Source: an uncultured Gammaproteobacteria bacterium (lineage in GTDB: Bacteria; Patescibacteriota; Patescibacteriia; Magasanikbacterales; GWA2-37-8). Taken from it: a stretch of DNA of 52,166 bases. This document shows positions 18,757 through 26,653 of this stretch, one piece after another. The stretch's first letter is position 1, and each line of letters starts with the position of its first letter. The position numbers and the translations under genes are program-made. Location of the stretch: assembly GCA_964516735.1 (NCBI GenBank), contig CAZEYR010000002.1, positions 1 through 52,166 on the forward strand, given 5' to 3'. The notes beneath the pieces are model-generated. The model did no database searches and was not told where the DNA came from. It worked only from the letters and a program-made list of their open reading frames with translations.

Positions 18757-19100
18757 AAGGAGGTCCCCCAAAAGGGGAAGGAGGTGCACCAATGAGTGCA
18801 AAATCACTAATCAGAGAGGAGGTTGACAAATACCTGCAACATTCCAACGAAATCGCGATTGCGCACGAACTCCGGGAGGTGGAGCGGGGAGTGTGTGAAC
18901 ACTGTAAAACTCCGAATCCCGGACAACCCAAACGGTGTCGCATGTGCGGTGCCAAATTGCGGCGGTAGAGAATTCCAGCTGCACAAAGGAAGTCAACCTG
19001 ATGAGTCAGTATAAGGTGGTGCACCAACGAACCCTGCTCGCGCCACCTGCTGTGCGTCTAAATTTTGGACTCACAGCTTATGGCCAGCGAGCGGGGTTTT
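18757..19100 (+). ncRNA. candidate structured RNA of about 340 nt; RNase P RNA-like motifs but atypically compact and with a non-canonical P4
   Basis: Has its own promoter and a terminator (CCCTGCTCGC 19032-19041 / GCGAGCGGGG 19087-19096 plus T-run). Helices are perfectly nested: GGTGCACC 18783-90 / 19018-25; AGGTTGAC 18820-27 / GTCAACCT 18992-99; TCCGGGA 18871-77 / TCCCGGA 18917-23; GGAG/CTCC; AGTGT-GTGA-ACACT 18890-18903 (GNRA loop). Four overlapping open frames are typical of a G+C-rich RNA gene in an AT-rich genome. Confidence 0.45.
18792..18968 (+). CDS. alternative reading of the same locus: 58 aa zinc-ribbon mini-protein
   Basis: AAGGAGGT sits 7 nt upstream of the ATG. Hand translation: MSAKSLIREEVDKYLQHSNEIAIAHELREVERGVCEHCKTPNPGQPKRCRMCGAKLRR (CxxC-x12-CxxC). 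Codon usage (CGG, GCG, CTC, CCC) is unlike the neighbouring genes. Confidence 0.3.
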   Translation: MSAKSLIREEVDKYLQHSNEIAIAHELREVERGVCEHCKTPNPGQPKRCRMCGAKLRR

Positions 19101-19103
19101 GTT

Positions 19104-21737
19104 TTATTTAATTATAATTTTTTCTTTTTCAACCACGATTTTCATGGTCCCGCCTTTTTGAGTTTTTCCAGAGATAATTTCCAGTGATAATTTGTCCAAG
19201 AGTTCGGTTTGGATAGCCCTTTTGAGCGGACGGGCGCCGTAATTTTCATCATAGCCGATTTTGGCTAAATATTTTTTGACCGCCTCATCAATATTTAATT
19301 TTATTTTCTTATTTTTTAGACGCTCTTTTACTTTAGTAAGTTGAATTTCTACAATTTTTTCAATTTGTTTTTCGGTTAAGGCATGGAAAATAATAATTTC
19401 ATCTAAACGATTTAAAAATTCCGGACGAAAATTGTCTTTCAAGACACTCATTATCATCTGACGAGCTTTTTCCTCATCGGCTCCTTTCTTTTTTTTCCCG
19501 CCTTCAGCAAAGCCGAATTCACCATGTTTATTCATGTCCAAAAGAGCTTGACCACCCAAGTTGGAAGTCATGATAATTATGGTATTTTTAAAATTCACAG
19601 TTCGGCCTTTGGCGTCGGTCAATTTACCATCGTCCAAAATTTGTAGCATGATATTAAAGACATCGGGGTGGGCTTTTTCTATTTCATCAAATAATATTAC
19701 CGCGTATGGACGACGACGAATAATTTCAGTTAGCTGGCCTCCTTCTTCATAGCCGACATACCCCGGAGGAGAACCGATAATTTTAGAAATAGCGTGTTTT
19801 TCCATGTACTCACTCATGTCTACTCGGACTAAGGCTTCTTCGGTATCAAACATAAATTCCGCTAAAGCTTTGGCTAATTCGGTTTTGCCTACGCCGGTTG
19901 AACCCAAAAAGATAAAGGATCCGATTGGCCGGTTTGGCTCGGAAATTCCGGCTCGAGAACGACGGATGGCGTTTGACACCACAGTTACCGCTTCGTCTTG
20001 GCCAATTACCCGTTTGGTTAACTCTTTTTCCATGTTAGCTAATTTAGAGCTTTCACTTTGCAACATTCTTTTTAGTGGAATACCAGTCCAGCGCGCTACC
20101 ACTCCGGCGACATCTTCTTCAGAAATTTCTTCTTTGAGAATGCCACGAGATTTTTGTAAGTTAGCTAATTTTTTTTCATCTTCTTTAATCGTTTTTTCCA
20201 AATAGGGGATAGAGGCGTAGCGAATCTCAGCCACTTTTTGCAGGTCGCCTTTACGCTCTTCGATCTCCGCTTTTTGTTTTAATTGATCAATTTCTTTTTT
20301 GTGCTTGTGGATTCTTTCAATGGTTTCTTTTTCATTTTTCCACTTAACTTCTAATTCCGAACTTTTTTCTTTTAATTCGGCCATTTCTTTTTCAATTTTT
20401 TTTAAGCGCATCTTAGAATCTTCATCTTTTTCTTTCTGTAAAGCGCGTTTTTCAATTTCAAATTTAGTGATGCCGCGTTTCATTTTATCTAATTCTTCTG
20501 GCATAGAGTCAATTTGTAAACGCAAACCAGAAGCCGCTTCATCAATTAGGTCGATCGCTTTGTCCGGTAAAAAGCGATCAGTAATATAGCGTTCAGATAA
20601 TATCACTGAAGCAATTAAGGCCGCGTCAGTAATGCGGACGCCGTGATGCACTTCGTATTTTTCTTTGATACCGCGCAAGATAGAAATAGCGTCTTCTTCT
20701 TTAGGCTCATTGACGAGCACTGGCTGAAAACGACGCTCCAAAGCGGCATCTTTTTCTATATATTTTTGGTATTCCTTTAAAGTAGTGGCACCGATAGTGT
20801 GTAATTCACCGCGAGCCAACATAGGTTTAAGCATATTAGAAGCGTCCATAGAGCCATCGCTGCCACCAGCTCCGACGATAGTGTGTAATTCATCAATAAA
20901 CAAGATAATTTTGCCAGCGGATTTATTAATTTCTTTCAAAACCGCTTTTAATCTTTCTTCGAATTCACCGCGAAATTTAGTGCCAGCTAAAAGTGAACCA
21001 ATATCCAGAGTAAAAATATCTTTATTTTTTAAAGAATCCGGCACGTCTCCATTGATGATACGTTGAGCCAAACCCTCCACAATAGCGGTTTTTCCGGTGC
21101 CCGGCTCACCAATTAAGACCGGATTATTTTTGGTACGACGGGCCAAAATTTGCATCACCCGACGAATTTCGTCGTCGCGACCAATCACTGGGTCAATTTT
21201 TTCTTTACGAGCCAGCTCGGTTAAATTTTTTCCGTATTTTTCTAAAACATTGTATTTGCTCTCTGGCTCAGGGGAGTCTACTTTTTGAGTGCCTCGTATA
21301 GAGGCCAAAATTTTTAAAACATTTTCATAATTTACTCCATGTTTAATCAAAAAATCACTGATCGGATTTTTGTTCGTTAAAAAAGCTAAAAGCAGATGTT
21401 CTACACTTATATATTCATCGCCGATTTTTTTAGCTTCGTTGGTGGCATTCTGAAAAATATGCAGCATATTCTGACCAAGCATGATTTGTCCGGCAGCTGT
21501 TTGGACAATTTGTTTTTGTTCGGGTAAGCGATTTATAATTCCTTGTGTACTTAATTGTATATCTGATAGATTAGCGTTTAATTTTTGCAATACCGAAACC
21601 ACAATTCCATCCGGATCATTAAGAAGAGATAAAAATAGGTGTGGTGGTTCAACCTGTTGCTGGTTGTTTGCAAAAGCGATTTGAGCCGCTTTTTGTATAG
21701 CTTCTTGAGATTTATTAGTAAAATTTTGTGGAATCAT
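19104..21737 (-). CDS. clpB: ATP-dependent chaperone ClpB
   Basis: 877 aa. Two AAA+ modules ([15 protein letters not shown]; [15 protein letters not shown]), a Clp N-domain and a long coiled-coil middle domain. Confidence 0.95.
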   Translation of the reverse strand: MIPQNFTNKSQEAIQKAAQIAFANNQQQVEPPHLFLSLLNDPDGIVVSVLQKLNANLSDIQLSTQGIINRLPEQKQIVQTAAGQIMLGQNMLHIFQNATNEAKKIGDEYISVEHLLLAFLTNKNPISDFLIKHGVNYENVLKILASIRGTQKVDSPEPESKYNVLEKYGKNLTELARKEKIDPVIGRDDEIRRVMQILARRTKNNPVLIGEPGTGKTAIVEGLAQRIINGDVPDSLKNKDIFTLDIGSLLAGTKFRGEFEERLKAVLKEINKSAGKIILFIDELHTIVGAGGSDGSMDASNMLKPMLARGELHTIGATTLKEYQKYIEKDAALERRFQPVLVNEPKEEDAISILRGIKEKYEVHHGVRITDAALIASVILSERYITDRFLPDKAIDLIDEAASGLRLQIDSMPEELDKMKRGITKFEIEKRALQKEKDEDSKMRLKKIEKEMAELKEKSSELEVKWKNEKETIERIHKHKKEIDQLKQKAEIEERKGDLQKVAEIRYASIPYLEKTIKEDEKKLANLQKSRGILKEEISEEDVAGVVARWTGIPLKRMLQSESSKLANMEKELTKRVIGQDEAVTVVSNAIRRSRAGISEPNRPIGSFIFLGSTGVGKTELAKALAEFMFDTEEALVRVDMSEYMEKHAISKIIGSPPGYVGYEEGGQLTEIIRRRPYAVILFDEIEKAHPDVFNIMLQILDDGKLTDAKGRTVNFKNTIIIMTSNLGGQALLDMNKHGEFGFAEGGKKKKGADEEKARQMIMSVLKDNFRPEFLNRLDEIIIFHALTEKQIEKIVEIQLTKVKERLKNKKIKLNIDEAVKKYLAKIGYDENYGARPLKRAIQTELLDKLSLEIISGKTQKGGTMKIVVEKEKIIIK

Positions 21738-21762
21738 ATAATAAGGTTGGGTGTTTATACTA

Positions 21763-21789
21763 TTATCACTCTAACTATGAGAGTGATAA
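21763..21789. promoter_or_regulatory. CIRCE-like inverted repeat (putative HrcA operator) on the clpB promoter
   Basis: TTATCACTC-N9-GAGTGATAA versus the CIRCE consensus TTAGCACTC-N9-GAGTGCTAA. It is part of a perfect 17 bp inverted repeat spanning 21756-21796. Confidence 0.55.
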
Positions 21790-21790
21790 T

Positions 21791-21818
21791 AGTATAACAT
21801 AATTGTCCTTTTTGTCAA
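21791..21818 (-). promoter_or_regulatory. sigma70-type promoter of clpB
   Basis: On the minus strand: TTGACA (21818-21813), 16 nt spacer, TATACT (21796-21791). The -10 box overlaps the CIRCE-like repeat. Confidence 0.5.
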
Positions 21819-21861
21819 ATGTGCTATAATACTCTAGATTAAGCCAAAATTTGTGTATTTT

Positions 21862-22767
21862 ATGCGTACTTTTATTTCATTTCCTATTTCTGAAGAAGCG
21901 ATTAAGGAGCTTGTGAACATCCAAGAGGAACTCAAAAAATACAATGAAAAGTTGCCAGTTAAGTGGTCAGAAGACTTAAATTTGCATGTTACGGTAGATT
22001 TTTTGGGCGAAATAGAAAACGGCCAAAAAGAAGAAGTGGCTCGTATTTTGCGCGGAGTGGCCAGTCGTCAGCAATCATTTACTTATTGGTTAGACGAGTT
22101 AGGATGTTTTCCAGATGCCGAAAGTCCCCGGGTGTTAATGGTCAAATTGCGGGAAAATCGTATGCAGAGCATTTTAATCCATGATGAAATTCATCGTGAA
22201 TTAAGAAAAATCGGATTAAAATTAAATGGCAGCTCTTGGATCCCGCATATTACTTTGGGATGGATTAAAAATAATAATGAAGAACCGGTGGTTATGAAAA
22301 AAATTAAGATTAAATCTGTAAGTTGGCTTGTTGACCGGATGGAAATTTTCAAGAGCAACCAAAAACCAAATGGTAAAAGATATGAGCTTTTAGAAGAGTT
22401 GAAATTTAGCGACATTAGTGAATCTTTTATTTTGGCCAAAAAATTTTTTAACAAGGAGGTAGATCTGATTATTGACAAACCTATCGGCACAATTAATCCA
22501 AAATTTAAATTTGTCTACGAATCTAATTATGGTTATGTGCCCAAAACCATGGGTCCGGACGGAGAAGAATTGGATGCTTATTATTTGGGCACGACTGAAC
22601 CGCTTCTTCGAGCTAAAGGTAAATGTATTGCTATCATTCATCGTTTCGGCGATGATGATGATAAATTAGTAGTGGTGCCGCCTGGATTAGAATTGACCGA
22701 CAAAGAAATTATAAAAGCCACCTATTTTCAAGAAAAGTGGTTTAAGAATAAAATTTTTAGAGGTTAA
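21862..22767 (+). CDS. fusion protein: 2',5' RNA ligase/ThpR (2H phosphoesterase) domain plus inorganic-pyrophosphatase-like domain
   Basis: The N-terminal half has two H-x-T-x motifs (LHVTVDF, PHITLGW). The C-terminal half (NYGYVPKTMGPDGEELDAYYLG...DDDDKLVVVP) resembles the family I PPase core (NYGY...DGDPVDVLV...KLVAVP). ATG at 21862 is preferred over the GTG at 21853. Confidence 0.8.
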   Translation: MRTFISFPISEEAIKELVNIQEELKKYNEKLPVKWSEDLNLHVTVDFLGEIENGQKEEVARILRGVASRQQSFTYWLDELGCFPDAESPRVLMVKLRENRMQSILIHDEIHRELRKIGLKLNGSSWIPHITLGWIKNNNEEPVVMKKIKIKSVSWLVDRMEIFKSNQKPNGKRYELLEELKFSDISESFILAKKFFNKEVDLIIDKPIGTINPKFKFVYESNYGYVPKTMGPDGEELDAYYLGTTEPLLRAKGKCIAIIHRFGDDDDKLVVVPPGLELTDKEIIKATYFQEKWFKNKIFRG

Positions 22768-23402
22768 AGTCGGGCTTCTAAATATTTAATAGTGGTGCCA
22801 AGTCGACGGTGCTTATTTTCAAAATAGGTGTGGATATTTATCAATTCATGCCTTTTTGTTTTATCCACATTGTTGGTACAAAATTTAATTTGTCCGCCAA
22901 AATCGGCGATAGATTCCAGAGAGTAATCAAACAGACAGGCATTGTCGGTTTTCAGCCGTAACAGGCCGTTTGGTTTTAATATTTTTTTATACATTTTTAA
23001 AAAGCCAACGGAGGTTAGGCGTTTTTTAGCTTGTTTTTTGGTAGGAAATGGATCGGGAAAAGTTATCCAAATTTCTTCTACCGAATTTTTATCAAAAAAT
23101 TTATCCAATTGTTCAATAGATATTCTTAAAAAACCGGCGTTATTAATTTTTTCTCGTAAAGCTTGTTTGGCTCCAATCCACAGCCGTTCACCTTGAATAT
23201 CGATGCCAATAAATTTTTTATTCGGATAAAGTTTGGCTAAATTATTTGTGTAATCACCACTGCCACAACCCAATTCAAGCACGATTGGATTTTTATCAAT
23301 AAAATTTTTCATTTTTTCCACAGATCCTTCAATCCAGCCGTCAAAAATGTTAGATAAATTTTTAGCTTCTTCGATTCTTTTTTGTTTTTTACGAGCGCAC
23401 AT
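22764..23402 (-). CDS. trmB: tRNA (guanine-N7)-methyltransferase
   Basis: LELGCGSGDY SAM motif and the WITFPDPFPTKKQAKKRL signature of TrmB. Confidence 0.9.
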   Translation of the reverse strand: MCARKKQKRIEEAKNLSNIFDGWIEGSVEKMKNFIDKNPIVLELGCGSGDYTNNLAKLYPNKKFIGIDIQGERLWIGAKQALREKINNAGFLRISIEQLDKFFDKNSVEEIWITFPDPFPTKKQAKKRLTSVGFLKMYKKILKPNGLLRLKTDNACLFDYSLESIADFGGQIKFCTNNVDKTKRHELINIHTYFENKHRRLGTTIKYLEARL

Positions 23403-23485
23403 AAAAAGTTAGACAATAGTCAGCCCCTGTCGTAACAGGGGCTTATGCGGATAGACATGGTTTCCTCCCGAGTAGCAGTTATGAT

Positions 23486-23755
23486 TTATCTGTGGAAGGG
23501 CTCAAAATCTATCTCGCCGGTCAATATGTCCAGAATCCTCACCGGCATGGTGTGATTGCTGGAAAAACTTAAATATTTATCGCCCACCCAGCGGCCGTCT
23601 ATATTCTGGCACACCAGAACGGTAGTGTCAGATGTTTTCTGAAAAGGGGCCGAGAATGAGATCCAGGCGTGGCGAGCAATGGCCCAGAGGGGCAGATTTT
23701 GAAAAAGAACGATTTCCTCGTCGTACATCGGTTTAATAGGGTCTTTTTGTGTCAT
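23486..23755 (-). CDS. hypothetical protein, 89 aa, compositionally atypical (G+C-rich third positions)
   Basis: Single long open frame, with GGGGGT 6 nt upstream of the ATG. No recognised motif. Codons such as CTG, CCC, GCC, CGC and TCG are rare in neighbouring genes. Confidence 0.55.
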   Translation of the reverse strand: MTQKDPIKPMYDEEIVLFQNLPLWAIARHAWISFSAPFQKTSDTTVLVCQNIDGRWVGDKYLSFSSNHTMPVRILDILTGEIDFEPFHR

Positions 23756-23852
23756 AGCTCTACCCCCGATGTGTTTAATTTTAGAGTATATTTTTAAGCT
23801 TAAGATGTCAATTGACTATGTGTATAATTTAGGCTAAAATAAAAGAAGAAAT

Positions 23853-24575
23853 ATGCAATTTTTAAATATTAAAATTGATAGTTTAAGTTTGACGGAAGCC
23901 AAAGAAAAAGTGCTTAATTTTTTAAATTCTATCAGTCAATATAAAATTTTTACACCGAACCCAGAAATGATAGTTAAAGCTCACGCCGATCAATATTTTA
24001 AAAAAGTGTTAAATAGTGGCGACTTAAATATTTGTGATGGGTTTGGTTTAAGCTTGTTTTCTGGAGCTAAAAGAATTACCGGGGTGGATTTTATGTTAGA
24101 AGTTTGTCAGATGGCTGAACAGACTGGGAGAACTGTCTACTTATTGGGGTCTGGGAATCAAACAGTGGTACAAAATACGGTCAAAAAAATATTAGAAAAA
24201 TTTCCCAAATTGAAAATTGTTGGCGCAGATCCGGGAGAAAATATGACTGAAGAAACTGGGCGGGGTGGGGGGATGGCAGAAAAAGTTGCTGAATCTGAGG
24301 CCGAGATTTTATTTGTGGCGTTTGGGATGGGCAAACAAGAAAAATGGATTTATGAAAATTTGACCAAGATGCCTAAAATTAAAATTGCTATGGGGGTGGG
24401 TGGGGCGTTTGATTATATTTCCGGATTTGTGCCCAGAGCCCCTTTATTTTTACGTAAAATTGGATTAGAATGGATGTATCGGCTTATTCGCCAGCCGCGA
24501 AGATTTTGTCGTATTTTACGGGCCACTTTTAGTTTTACATTTTTAGCTATCAAAAATTATGGAAAGAAAATTTGA
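23853..24575 (+). CDS. WecB/TagA/CpsF-family glycosyltransferase (GT26)
   Basis: FTPNPEM, DGFG, FGMGKQEKWI, GVGGAFDY and GLEWMYRLIRQPRR motifs are typical of TagA-like N-acetylmannosaminyltransferases. Confidence 0.85.
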   Translation: MQFLNIKIDSLSLTEAKEKVLNFLNSISQYKIFTPNPEMIVKAHADQYFKKVLNSGDLNICDGFGLSLFSGAKRITGVDFMLEVCQMAEQTGRTVYLLGSGNQTVVQNTVKKILEKFPKLKIVGADPGENMTEETGRGGGMAEKVAESEAEILFVAFGMGKQEKWIYENLTKMPKIKIAMGVGGAFDYISGFVPRAPLFLRKIGLEWMYRLIRQPRRFCRILRATFSFTFLAIKNYGKKI

Positions 24576-25155
24576 ACAATGGGGAGAGGGTCAAAAACAG
24601 GAGCGTAAAGAAAAGCCAAAGAAAAAGAAAATTGTGGAAGTGGGCACGCGTTATGGGATGCCATTTTTTGTGGCAGGCGACAGACAATTAAAGACGGAAG
24701 ATTTGTATGTTTCGGTTGATCAAGAAAAAGAGTCGGCGGCTTTAACTAAGCAAAAAATGAAAAGTAGGTCAATACAAGGCGAATCTTTGATCGCTGACGC
24801 GAGGAAGATGCCTTTTTTATCAGATACCATTGATGAGGTAATTTTTACTAATGTTTTTGGAGAATTAGGTAAAAAAGATATCCAAACACATTTAGATTTA
24901 ATCAAGGAAACAGTGAGAGTATTGAAGTCGGGCGGAAAATTAATTATTAATGAAACATATACTCCAGAGAAGGTGCCGGAAAATATGGAGGTAGGGCGAA
25001 CTCTCTGGGGAAAATTAAAAGTTCCTCAATCTTTTTTTGAAAACTTTGGCTTGACGGTGGATTCCAGCACTGCCGATTTGGAAGAAATTTCTAAATATAA
25101 TAAAAAAATTAGTTTTGATAAAGACGCTTTTCAATTGATACTTAGAAAAAGATAA
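24559..25155 (+). CDS. putative SAM-dependent methyltransferase-like protein with a Lys-rich N-terminus
   Basis: ADARKMPFLSDTIDEVIFTNVF and LKSGGKLII resemble post-I/II motifs of class I methyltransferases. Motif I is poor (VEVGTRYG). Confidence 0.5.
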   Translation: MERKFEQWGEGQKQERKEKPKKKKIVEVGTRYGMPFFVAGDRQLKTEDLYVSVDQEKESAALTKQKMKSRSIQGESLIADARKMPFLSDTIDEVIFTNVFGELGKKDIQTHLDLIKETVRVLKSGGKLIINETYTPEKVPENMEVGRTLWGKLKVPQSFFENFGLTVDSSTADLEEISKYNKKISFDKDAFQLILRKR

Positions 25156-25177
25156 TTAAGAATTTAGAATTAAGTTT

Positions 25178-26641
25178 ATGATTAAAACACGCTACGCGCC
25201 AAGTCCAACAGGTTATTCTCATGTAGGAGGTATTCGTACAGCCTTAACTTCATATTTAATTGCCAAAAAGGCGGGTGGAAATTTTATTTTGCGCATTGAA
25301 GATACGGACCAAAAAAGATTGATTGAAGGCGCCATAGAAAGCATTCTGAGTTCGTTGTACTGGGTAGGCATCATACCCGATGAGGGGTTGGTACTTGATA
25401 ATAATAATGTGGCCCAAAAAGGAGAAAATGGGCCATATATTCAATCACAAAGATTGGATATATACAAAAAATATGCCGATGAAATTGTAGAAAAAGGCCA
25501 TGCTTATCATTGTTTTTGTACTGCCGAGAGATTGGAAGAATTGCGTGTCTATCAACAAAAAAATAAATTACCGACTGGCTATGATGGACATTGTCGCGAT
25601 TTAGACCCAGAAGAAGTGAAAAAACGTTTATCGGCTGGCGAGTCGAGTGTTATTCGTATGAAAATGCCGCGTGAGGGCGAAACAATTTTTACGGATTTAA
25701 TTCGTGGCGAAGTAAGATTTAAAAATGAATTAATTGACGATCAAGTTTTAATGAAGACTGATGGTTTTCCAACTTATCATTTGGCGGTGGTAGTAGACGA
25801 TCATTTAATGGGAATAACGCACGCTGTGCGTGCAGAAGAATGGTTGCCTAGCACTCCTAAGCAACTGCAACTATTCAAATGTTTTGGATGGGAGGCCCCT
25901 GCTTATGCCCATGTGCCGCAATTAGTAAATAAAGACAGAACAAAATTGAGTAAGCGCCAAGGAGATGTAGCTGTGGAAGATTATATTAAAAAAGGTTATT
26001 TGCCAGAAGCAGTGCTTAATTTTATAGCTTTGCTAGGTTGGAACCCCGGTACGGAACAGGAGATATTTACCATGGACCAATTAATTAAAGAATTTGATGT
26101 TGAAAAAATTGGTAAATCCGGAGCGTATTTTAATCTAGAAAAATTAAATTGGTACAACCAACAATACATTAAGAAATTAACCAATGAAGAATTAGCGGAG
26201 CGGGCTAAACAGTGGTTAGACGAAGTTGGCCTTGATAAAGTAGATAAAAATTTACTCGTTAAAGCTGTGGGTTTGGAAAAAGAACGCATTGTCACTTTGG
26301 CCGAATTGCCAGCCGCCATTAAATTTGTATTAGAATTGCCAAATTATGAAGGCAATTTGTTAGTTTGGAAAAAATCCAGCGCTGATGAGGTAAAAAAAAT
26401 ATTGCCAGAAGTAGCGGAATTTTTGCAAACAATTGATGTTAACGATTGGAACAAAGATACTCTGCAAGCCAAGGTGGGGGAGTGGATTAAGACAAAAGGT
26501 TACCAAAATGGTAGTGTGCTTTGGCCAATGCGCGTAGCTTTATCCGGACAAGATAAATCTCCAGGTCCGTTTGAGATTGCGGAAGTATTAGGGCGGGCCG
26601 AAACTATCAAAAGAATCCAAACTGCCATTCAAAAATTGTGA
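25178..26641 (+). CDS. gltX: glutamate--tRNA ligase
   Basis: RYAPSPTGYSHVGGIRTAL (HIGH region), KLSKR (KMSKS), and typical GluRS length. Confidence 0.93.
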   Translation: MIKTRYAPSPTGYSHVGGIRTALTSYLIAKKAGGNFILRIEDTDQKRLIEGAIESILSSLYWVGIIPDEGLVLDNNNVAQKGENGPYIQSQRLDIYKKYADEIVEKGHAYHCFCTAERLEELRVYQQKNKLPTGYDGHCRDLDPEEVKKRLSAGESSVIRMKMPREGETIFTDLIRGEVRFKNELIDDQVLMKTDGFPTYHLAVVVDDHLMGITHAVRAEEWLPSTPKQLQLFKCFGWEAPAYAHVPQLVNKDRTKLSKRQGDVAVEDYIKKGYLPEAVLNFIALLGWNPGTEQEIFTMDQLIKEFDVEKIGKSGAYFNLEKLNWYNQQYIKKLTNEELAERAKQWLDEVGLDKVDKNLLVKAVGLEKERIVTLAELPAAIKFVLELPNYEGNLLVWKKSSADEVKKILPEVAEFLQTIDVNDWNKDTLQAKVGEWIKTKGYQNGSVLWPMRVALSGQDKSPGPFEIAEVLGRAETIKRIQTAIQKL

Positions 26642-26653
26642 TATAATAGTATC

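Noticed and set aside
18755-19027. Tracked ORFs of 90, 61 and 63 aa overlapping the G+C-rich island on both strands
   Set aside because: Several frames are open at once because stop codons are rare in G+C-rich sequence. None has a plausible start context. Only the 58-codon frame with AAGGAGGT upstream was kept, as an alternative reading.
18998-19030. CTGATGAG followed downstream by CGAAC, reminiscent of the hammerhead ribozyme core
   Set aside because: The intervening sequence cannot form a stem II. The GAAA/A15.1 position reads GAAC, and no stem I/III or cleavage-site context is evident. CTGA-TGAG-TCAG is more simply a small hairpin.
19013-19100. AAGGTGGTGCACCAACG followed by a terminator, resembling a T-box antiterminator/terminator
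   Set aside because: There is no downstream same-strand gene to regulate, no recognisable Stem I/specifier architecture, and the T-box consensus (GGGUGGUACCGCG) is only partly matched.
19561-21684. A series of plus-strand ORFs (63-133 aa) inside clpB
   Set aside because: They are antisense shadows of a well-supported 877 aa ClpB gene. Their translations are low-complexity (S/F/I/K-rich), as expected opposite a purine-rich coding strand, and they have no start or stop context of their own.
23420-23458. 12-codon minus-strand mini-ORF (MSIRISPCYDRG) with GGGAGG upstream, between the 89 aa gene and trmB
   Set aside because: It is too short to support from sequence alone, and it coincides with the G+C hairpin, which explains the local sequence.
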